In this document: in pieces, positions 1 through 9,600 of the stretch
Position numbering within the stretch: the first letter of the stretch is position 1
How the letters are laid out: each line of letters begins with the position of its first letter
From: an uncultured bacterium
GTDB taxonomy: Bacteria > CSSED10-310 > CAZUFC01
DNA: 10,512 nucleotides
Reading direction: 5' to 3'
NCBI GenBank assembly: GCA_964619725.1
Contig: CAZUFC010000206.1
Span: forward strand, 1 to 10,512
Program-made: the position numbers and the translations under genes
Notes under the pieces: generated by a model
The model's input: only the letters and a program-made list of their open reading frames with translations
What the model was told of the DNA's origin: nothing
The model's database searches: none

Positions 1-90
1 GAGGTAGGGGTATTTGTTATACGTTGATTGAGTAAATCCGCAGCCTGACGCAGTACTGGGGAAAATTCGCCGTTTATGGACAAAAACTAA
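1..90. repeat. Probable partial short interspersed repeat (MITE/REP-like), cut by the window start
   Basis: Apparently non-coding, with a mini-hairpin GTAT-TTGTT-ATAC at 10-22 followed by ...GCCTGACGCAG...GAAAATT..CCGTTTATGGACAAAAACTA. From memory (no search run) this resembles the centre and one arm of ~150-bp palindromic repeats in Desulfobacterota-type genomes. The other arm is not in the window. Confidence 0.4.
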
Positions 91-376
91 ATAGGTGAGC
101 GGCGCATGACATTGATGAATCATCAGATCAGGCTCAAGGATTTAAAATAACGCTGTGGTCAAAAGTCGCTCATTGTTAAAAATTCATATTTAAGAGTTCT
201 TGCAGTGTTGGGCTCGACATGCCTGGAGTCCTGACCCGATTGAATGCTTTATCGTTCGCCGTAGAAAATCTGATAAACCCTTTCAGGATTTTTAAATTCA
301 TCTATCCTGCCTTATCGCTTCCAGAGATGGTCCGATCGCCTGTTCTCAATTGCCCGGTTTCACCAGTGCGTTAATC

Positions 377-562
377 TTAACAACGATTCCAGCGTCCTCC
401 TGCAGAATGCCGTCCTCGGCAGATGAGCAACCTCTTCCGGGATGGAAAAATCAATTTGGAGAGTCTTTTTTCATGCTGCGCATCGTCAAGTATATCCAGA
501 ACGGTTCGGATTTTATCCCTGTAACGTCTATGGAATTCCAGCAGACTATCGTCGCTGATCAT
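377..562 (-). CDS. Small hypothetical ORF (61 aa), possibly a frameshifted remnant
   Basis: Co-directional with the giant gene and 53 nt downstream of it. A purine-rich GAGGAAGG lies about 12 nt before the ATG, and the N-terminal half looks like a charged helix. No recognisable family. Confidence 0.3.
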   Translation of the reverse strand: MISDDSLLEFHRRYRDKIRTVLDILDDAQHEKRLSKLIFPSRKRLLICRGRHSAGGRWNRC

Positions 563-590
563 TGTCGATTGCTACCTTCCTCAGATGGCT

Positions 591-606
591 GATGATCATG
601 ATCATC
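591..606. repeat. Perfect 16-bp palindrome GATGATCATGATCATC
   Basis: Equal to its own reverse complement, contains (TGATCA)x2, and lies 9 nt past the stop codon of the giant gene. Confidence 0.8.
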
Positions 607-615
607 CGGCGAACA

Positions 616-3600
616 TTAATAAAACACTTTCATGATAGCGTGAACTTTTTCCGATACATTTCCGAAAGGGTCTTCCGCTCTGAAGCCTATGCAGTACATT
701 CCATCAATCATGAGACGGTCGTTATAACCTTTTCCATCCCAGTAGAAGGTTTTTTCTCCCTGTGAAATGCCGGTCAGCATATATTCATTAACCAGGAGGT
801 TATTTTGGTCTCTGACAGAGACGATGATGTCTGAACTTTTCGATAATGTATATGTAAATTTACAAGGCGTACTGGGTTCAAGTTGATTCGGATTTTGAGG
901 AGTGAAAAAGTTAGGTTCCACGGAAACGTCGTCAATTACAGGATCACAGGCAGCAATAACAGCGTTATCCGACAATGCCCACATAAGGACGGCCATGACG
1001 TAGGAGGAATCGAAAGGAGCTACGGCGCCATTGTCAGCGGTTCCATCCCAGGTTATGACTCGGGGACCGCTTCTAAATGGTTTTCTGGTATGGATAGTCT
1101 TAATTCGTTCTCCTGTTCCGCCGCTGTAAGGTGAAACGTACGTTGTAATTTCCGCGGGAGTATCCAGCGTAAAAGTTGCAGTGAGGTAATCGTCTTCGAG
1201 AGGATTATAGGCAGAAGAATAGGTAACAGTTGGGAATATTTGCTGTCCGGCGCTTCCCGTTGTATCCAGGCGGTAAGTTTTTCCGCCCACGGTATATTCG
1301 ATTATGAAAAAATAAACGCCAGAGGCAACGAAGTTTTCATTGTCGTTTTTTCCATTCCAGACATCAGAGTAGTAACCGGGTGTTCTTGATTCATCATCGA
1401 CCAGGGTGCGTATATGTTCTCCTTTTCTGTTTATAATTTTCATAGTAATCGTGCTTGTGCCTGAAAGGGAGGATTCAATAGTCATAGTTTGGCCGACGGT
1501 AGGATCGAAAATTTCCGTACTTCGATGAGCGGTCAATCCTAAGTCGACATCTAAAAGTATGCGGTCAGTATCTGTAAGATCATCGTCATCTGTGACGCGC
1601 AGGGTTGGTTCATAAGTTCCCGGTTCTGTGAAAATAAAAAAAACGGAACCTGTTTCAGTGGAACTCCAGTCGTAAGTTCCGTCGCCGAGAAAATCCCATT
1701 CAAAGAGTTCAATGTTTCCATCAGTATCGGTTCCTTCACCCATAAAAGTAACGGTCAGAGGAGCAATACCGGTTTTCGGATCGGCATCGGCAAGGGCCGT
1801 CGGGCTGCCCGGAGGATTAACGTTTATCCAAAGCGCTGCGGTACCCGACAATAAATCGTTATCCGTTACTTGGAACACGGCATGATAATCACCCGCATTT
1901 TCGTAGGTGTGTAAGACATCGCCTTGAAATGAAGAGTTCCAATCGTATTGTCCATCTCCGTTGAAATCCCACTCGAACAATTCGATCGTCCCATCAAAAT
2001 CCGATCCATAACCAGTAAAAAAGACATTCAAAGGCGGAGGACCTGTGAAAACTGAAGCATCTGCATAAGCTGAGGGCGCAGAGTCGCTTTGAGTATAGGC
2101 CTCGATCTCAATTATCGCTGAATCGCTCAAACCGTCGTTATCCAGTACCGTCAAGCGAGCCTCATAAATATCGCAATCTTCGTATTCATAATTGATCGCT
2201 GATGTAATCGGACTGGAATAGTCATCTATGCCGTCGCCGTCGAAGTCCCAATAAAAGTATTCGATGGTTCCGTCGGGATCATGGCCGTTGCATACGAACT
2301 GCACAGTCAAAGGCGCCGGACCGGAGCGAGGGTAGGTGAGGGGTAAGGCGACAGGCATGCCGACAGATATTAGTACTGAGTCGTCGTCTTTCAATAAATC
2401 ATCATCTGTGATCTGGAAAAAGGCTTCATAAACGCCTCCATCAGAATAAGTATGAGCAGCCGCGCCTGTTTCGGATGAAGAGCAATCCCAATCGCCGTTG
2501 CCGTCGAAATCCCATTGGTAAAGAATGATTTCGCCGTCAGGGTCGTGGCCGGTTCCTTCAAACTCAACCGTGAGCGGTATTCCGCCCTTCACAGGATGTG
2601 CGTATGCTAGAGCAGTCGGAGCTCCACAAGGTCTTACTTCAATATTAGCGGTATCGGTATCCGTCAAACCGTCTTCATCAGTAACGCGAAGCATTGCTGT
2701 ATAGTGGTTAGGACTTAGGTAGGTATGTTGAGTATCTCCGTTTTCTGCTGATGCATATGCCCAAGTTATTCCAATGACGCAAACATCGTCGATATGCCAT
2801 ACTTGCTCCATTACCGGGGAAAAGGATGAAAGTGAAAATCGAATTCTGGTTTCTGATTGTCCGGAATAGACAGAAATATCTATGACAGAAGCAGTCCAGG
2901 AGGCCTGCATTCCCTGGTATGTCTCTAATTGTATCCAATCCGTCCCGCCATTTGTCGATATTGACGCTGAACCATGAATGCCTGATTGAAAATTGTATTT
3001 GCTAATGAATTTCAACATTGCAGTGCCGGCGGGTATCTCGAAAGAAGTCGATTCAACGGTAGTAACAGTCCCGGTGGGAGGCGGAGCTGATGATTCAGGT
3101 TTCAGTTTATCGAACATTTTTGGTTCGAACAGGCTCTGCGATTTTTCTTCTTCATATTTGTCAACAAAGTTTGTAAGAGAATGAGAAGGGGAATGGCATT
3201 CAGTCTCGGTCAAACCCCATGTCGATTCGAGTATCCATTGATCAACGCCTGATTCGAAGTCATCATAGAAAACAAATTGGTCGCCGAAATCCCATTCATA
3301 AAGCGCAACCGGAGCTTCGAAGTCTATGCCGACACCGTTGAACGTAACTTCCAGCGGAGCGTTACCGACTTGAGGGGCGGCATTAGCGTGAGCTTCAGGC
3401 GGTGAGTTGACAACTGTTATCTCTGTGCTTGTCGTATCGTTCAGATTGTCATTATCTGTAACACGGAGAGTCAAATTATAGTCGCCGACTCCTGTATAGG
3501 TATACTCAACTCCGGAATCGGTTTCAGAACCATAGTCGAAAGTGCCGTCTCCGTCGTAATCATATTCCCAAAAGACTATAAAGCCATCCGGATCGCTGCT

Positions 3601-6600
3601 GTGGTTTCCGTGCATTGCCGTCATCAACGGGTTCTGTCCGCTTGAGGGCGAAACCCATAAACTTGACGCAGGCAGGGATTTAGAGACAGTTATCGTTGCC
3701 GGAATGCTGAATGCTTTATTCGATTCTGAATCGGTTAATTCGAGAACAGGGGTGTAATTGCCTGACAAGAAATCATGATTTACATGAGCCCCGGATTCTG
3801 AAGTCCAATCGAAGATGCCGTCACCCTCAAAATCCCATTGGAATGAATGTATTCTACCGTCACCGTAGGGTGTGGACCCGCCGCCGTCGAACGTTACCGT
3901 CAAGGGTGCATTGCCGGTTGCCGGCGAAGCTTCAGACCAAATCTGGATAGGACCTGTTCGAATTAATATTGATGAAACGAAACCATGCAATCCCTGGTCA
4001 TCAGTCACCCTGAAAACAGGATTGTAAATGCCGGGCGTATCGTATGTATGATCCGCAGCGCCGTTGACAGACGATGTGAAATCCCATACTCCATCGGCGT
4101 TGAAATCCCATTGATAAGTCGTTATGTAACCATTATCGGTTCCTGTTCCACTGAAACTCACATTTAATGGAGAGTCCCCGGCAAGAGGATCGGCGGAAGC
4201 AAAAGCGAGGGGCGGTTCGTCTGCCTGAGTAAATCCCGGCAGAAGGTCCAAATCCCATGGATAAAATATTTCAGGGAAATTCATTAAAATGTTTCCGCCG
4301 GAGGATAATTTTGAAAGAGAATGATTAGAATGATCAACCGCCCATACATTGAGAGAACTCATATCCTGAACCAATCCATAGGCGTCACCGAATTCCGTTT
4401 CACTGATGAAAGTCCCGTCATTACTGATATGATATATACTGTTTTTATCAAGATCAGACACCCATGCGCCGTTGTCAGGGTCGGCAGCGACTGCATGAGG
4501 ACATTCGAAGCCGGGTATCCTCATCAGTTCCGAGGAACCGTCCGCTGCAATCAAGACGAGTGAATCATTATCTCTATCTGCTGCCCAACAGGCGCCGTCA
4601 CTCTGGTTAACGGCAATACCTACAGGATGAAGGAAAGTATTGAGCCGGGCTGTTTCCGTTCCATCGACAGCCAGCTTGACGACAGCATTAGCGCCGTGGT
4701 CCGCAACCCACACGCTTCCGTCGGATTGATCCACATCCAGCCACAATGGATTATCGAATCCATCTACTCTCTGGAGTTCCTGTCCCTGAGAATCCAGCAG
4801 CACTACCTGATTGTGTTGACGGTCCGTTACCCAGCAGCTTCCGTCAGCATGAAAAACTCCCGTATCCCAGGGCTCTTCAAATCCATCCAACCTAAAAACT
4901 TCGTTACCTGATGCACCCAGTTTGACTACCTGGTTATTCATACAATCAGCGACCCAGACGCTCTCATCAACCGGATCGCAGGAGATGCCGCGAGGATCAT
5001 TAAAATCACCGGTTTCCCACTGCCAAACCCCGCCCGAATACCGGTCTACTTTGCCTGTATCGGTCCCTGTCGGAGGAGCTGCCGTTTTTTTCGTTCTCAC
5101 TGTGTGTTCAAATAAAGGCGAGCAATTTTTGGGGTTGGTTTTATGCGAATATTTCTCACCATATTTGTTCGTCACCCAGACGGATTCAGCCCCATAAGAC
5201 GCGTAATCGATATATAAGATTGTCGTATCTGTATCCTGGTAACCGTCGTCGTCTGTGACCCTTAGAACAGCCTGAAAAATGCCGTTTTCTTCATAAGCAT
5301 GCGTCGTTACGCCTGAAATAGTTGAAGTCCATTCATAACTTCCGTTGCCATCAAAATCCCATTCGTATAGCGCAATCGCTCCATCATCAGTTCCAGAGCC
5401 GAGAAAATCCAGGATTTGTCCCACATAACCATAAGCTGGAACTGCCTGTGCCGAAGCATTCGGGTAACCAACAGGTTTAAGCCGTATCGTGACGATTTCT
5501 TCCGCTTCCAGAAAATCATCGTCGATCGTTTTTACTCGTGGTTCATAGATATCCGGTATCATGTAAAAATGAGAAGGATCATTATGTTGGGTCGTTTCAT
5601 CATAGGTACCGTTTCCATCCCAATCCCATTGATATTGAGTTATATTTCCGTCGGTATCATATGCCTGAACATCGAAATTGACCCAAAGAGGTACGTTTCC
5701 TTCTTCAGGTTCCGCTGAAAATGACGCAATGACTGGCGGAAATAATTCTACGGAATATTCAACGAATGTCGTATAGGTCAATCCTTCGTTGTCCGTAACC
5801 CTGAAATAGGCCGTCCAACTACCTTCATCCGTAATGTTGTGGATTGTCGCACCTGTTTCGGTCGAATTCCAGTCGTACTCAGAATCGCCGTTAAAATCCC
5901 ACTCGTAAAGAGCAATCGTTCCGTCAATATCAGTTCCCTCACCATAAAAAAGATTTTCGTTCCGTTTCAAGACATCTTCCGGCATTGGAGAATAAATTTC
6001 CGCTGCAGGCATTGATTGCGCTTTAACTAAAACATTATCCGTCGATGAATAACCTTCATCATCAGTGACTCTAAGCGCGGCATGAAATATGCCTGGTTGT
6101 TCATAGATCGTTGAAGTGTTGGGCTGATCCGGAGAAGAGTATCCCCAGCCGGTTGATGTTAAACTCACGTCATCAAGTCGCCAGCCGTATCCGGCATGGA
6201 AATCAAACGTTACATATTTAAAGCTAATTTTCGTTTCGGAGCATCCCGAATACCCCGTGACGTCAATTTGCTCCAATATCCAGTAATCACAATTTTCTGA
6301 ATAATACGCTAATTCTGTCCAACTGGCGCCGTTGTCGGTAGAAATATCAACTTGACATGAGTCGCCGTCAGCAAGGATACGCTGATTAAAAAATTTCAGG
6401 CTTGCAGGCCCCGCCGGCAGGTTAAACGCCATAGAGGTTGCGGATGCGGATGTTCCTGTGGGAGGCGGGGCGGAACAAGTCGCTGAGAGAGGATCAAATA
6501 TGACCGATGCCAAGTTTCTTTTTTGATGTGTGTTTTCAGAGTATGAGAAAAGAGAATGTGTCGGCGAGCGGCAAATTTCCGTATTTAAGCCCCACGGAGC

Positions 6601-9600
6601 ATCAAGCGTCCATTGATAAGTTCCTGATTCAAAGTCGTCGAAGAATGCCTGGCTCGTTCCATAGTCCCATTCATACAATTCTATCGTGCCGTTAGGATCA
6701 TAAGAATATTCACCTATCAAATTCACGTTCAGCGGTGTAAGTCCCTGTTGGGGTGAAGCTTCAGCGACAGCGACCGGTAAACCGAAGTCTACTTCAATAC
6801 ATATCGTATCCATATCGGTAATGCCGTCGTCATCGGTTACTCTGAGTATTGCAGTATAAACCCCCACTTCTTCATAATACGCTTGAGCATCAGGTTCATT
6901 GGGGGAAAGGTGAGACCAGTTACTTGATCGAATAGTTACATCGTCGATAAACCAGGCTTCTCCAGCAGGAGGTTCTTCATAAATGAATCTGAATCTTATG
7001 CATGTATCGGAAGCGCCGGTATAGGCGGAGATATCAATTTCAGCTGATATCCATGAACTTTGGTTTCCCGATATATTCATGAGTTCATGCCAGTCGGTTC
7101 CGCCGTTTGTGGATATGTCGATGTGGCCCGAAACGCTGTTTTCCATTGTATATTTGTGATAAAAGCGCAATTTTCCGGGTCCCGGTGAAGTCTCAAAGAG
7201 GGGCGAAACGGCAGTAATTGAAGTTCCGGAGGGCGGTAAAGCGGATGCCTTTGGAAGAAAATCTCCAGATGAATATAAGACCTCCATAATTTTGGATTTT
7301 ATTCCCGCCCGGGCTCCCGAACTTGCTTTCAGACAATTCACAGGAGAGTGAAAAGTTTCGGTAGTCAACTCCCAATTTTCATCCAGGGTCCATTGGGAAA
7401 CGCCAGACTCATAGTCATCATTAAATGCTGAATAGTTACCATAATCCCACTCATATAATTCTATCGTACCGTTAGGATCATAAGAATCTTCTCCCATCAA
7501 ATTCACAGCAAGCGGCACAGCTCCGGAATCCGGCAAGGCATCTGCTACGGCTTGGGGAGCTCCCAGTTCCACGGTTATTTCAGTCGTATCCATATTCTTG
7601 TTATCGTCATCATCCGTGACTCTCAGCACAGCAGTGTAAGTTCCCTCCTCAGCATAAGCAGTAGTCGTATTGGGATAAATAGAAGAGGAATATTCCCACT
7701 CCAAGTTCAAGACGGTTATATCGTCAATGTTCCACAAGCTGTTGATTTCAGGTTCGCCGGATTCGAAGACGAATCTTATTCTTGTCGCGGAGTATCCCGT
7801 ATATTCAGATATCATGATTTCTTCTTTCGACCAGGATGTTTTCGTCCCTGTCAATTCAATCAATTCCGTCCAGTGTGCGCCGCCGTCAGTGGATACATCG
7901 ACATGACCCGAATCATCACCTGTAAAAGAATATCTATGGAAAAACATCAATTCCGCAATGCCGGTATTCAACGCGAATGAAAGAGATTCAGCCTTATTGG
8001 CAGGAGCTGTAGGCGGATAGGCGGATCGAGCGGCAAACAGGGAACTTAACATTTGTAAAACATCAGCCCCTTTGCCGTTTTCAGCTTGGCCCTTTTGGGA
8101 GTTAATCCTCAGGCAATGTGCAGGAGAATGATATACTTGATCGGTCAATTCCCAGTCACTGCCCAGGTTCCACTGTGAATTTCCCGATTCACAGTCTTCT
8201 CTGAATGCCGGGGGTGCATCTGAAGACCATTCATAGAGTTCGATAGTCCCGTCCGGGTCATACGAATTTTCTCCGATCAGAGCGATCTCTTCATTGATAT
8301 AGGTTACTTCAGGTTCTGCCTGGGCCACAGCGACGGGATAATTCGCCGGAAAAACAGAAATAAAGAGATAAGCCGTGTCCTGTTCATCATCATTATCCGT
8401 GACTGTTAAGGCGGCATAATATTGACCGGCCTGATCGTATTGATGTTGAACGTCTCCGCTCGCTTGTCCGCTCCAATCATACTCGCCGTCCCCGTCAAAA
8501 TCCCATTGGAAAAGTTCGATATACCCATCCGGGTCAGTTCCGGAACCTGAAAAATTGACCGTTAAAGGAGCATGTCCCTGGACCGGCGCGGCTTCAGCAA
8601 AAGCAGACGGGGCGTCTCCATGCGCATCTATTTCCAATGCGTCTTCAGCCGTCTGACCGTCATTGTCTGTTACTCGAAACCGCGCAGTATAATCACCCGG
8701 TTCTGCATAAAGGTGCAGCAATGGTTCAGAAGTCGTACTCGTCCAATCGTATTCGCCGTCGTCTTCAAAATCCCATTCATACAATACTATTATTCCATCA
8801 GGGTCTGAACCATCACCGATTAATTCCACCAAAAGCGGCGCCGGTCCGCCGGTCGGGTTTGCTTGAGCAGTTGCGTCCGGAGCAGATTTTAAAACCTCAA
8901 CGGTAACCGTATCGGTTGCCGTAATGTTCCCAGTGTCGGTGATTTTTAAAGTCGCATCGTAAATACCGTAACGGCTGAATACATGATCGACCGTCATAGT
9001 ATTCTGAACAGCCGGTTGGTAGAAATCATAAAAACCGTCTCCGTCGAAATCCCATTGATAACTCTCTATATGTCCGTCTACAGGATCAAAAAAGGAACCG
9101 GAAAACGTCACTGAAAGCGGTGCGTTTCCCTCAGCAGGAACAGCATCGGCAAACGCAGCCAGTATGCCTACCCTGACTATCTGAGAATAATCTTCATCCG
9201 TCGAGTAATTGTCGTCGGTTACTCTGAACGCCGGATTAAAAATCCCGCTTTCAGCGTATGCAAATGCAGTGATGCCCGTCGACTCCGACGTCCAGTCATA
9301 TATGCCGTCTCCATCGAAATCCCATTCGTAAAGTATGATTATACCGTCTGAGTCCGTTCCCGTTCCATGAAAGTTAACCGTTTCACCTGTTTGCACCTGG
9401 ATAGGATAGACCTGCGCGGCAGCGCTCGGCGCGCCTGTCGGAGGAACTGATGAATAAACTTCTACTGATGTGGGATAGTAAAATCCTGAGCTTCGCAATA
9501 CTTCAACTCCAGCTACGATTATTTTCACGACTTCGTGATGACCGTAATCCGCCACCCAGCAACTACCGTCCCGGGGATCGACTGATACCGAATAGGGATT

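Noticed and set aside
176-301. 41-aa minus-strand ORF MNLKILKGFIRF...NMNF with AGGA upstream
   Set aside because: Too short and featureless to support as a gene from sequence alone.
465-472. A6G as a programmed -1 ribosomal frameshift site
   Set aside because: The phase is GAA AAA AGA, not the canonical A AAA AAG, and no clear stimulatory structure was seen.
350-592. 80-aa + strand ORF (TTG start)
   Set aside because: No convincing RBS or family resemblance, and antisense to the more plausible minus-strand ORF.
585-612. Rho-independent terminator after the giant gene
   Set aside because: The stem is short and AT-rich, with no following U-tract on either strand.
619-1538. flgD (flagellar hook cap) gene assignment
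   Set aside because: Only Ig-like domain similarity within a giant protein, with no flagellar context.
6661-7506. Near-identical 66-nt pair as a DGR template/variable repeat
   Set aside because: Mismatches are not adenine-specific and mostly fall at third codon positions, both copies are coding, and no reverse transcriptase is present.
6160-8205. Inserted ~165-aa domains as inteins
   Set aside because: They lack the N-terminal Cys/Ser block and C-terminal His-Asn signature, and their motifs are those of a jelly-roll sandwich.
1690-9330. Regularly recurring AAATCCCATT-like DNA words as a CRISPR array
   Set aside because: They encode the PKD [EQ]WDF motif, are degenerate, and are spaced 270 nt or more apart within an ORF.
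3070-9447. PPTG motifs as canonical sortase cell-wall sorting signals
   Set aside because: None is followed by a transmembrane helix and basic tail, and all are internal. Kept only as a non-canonical hypothesis.
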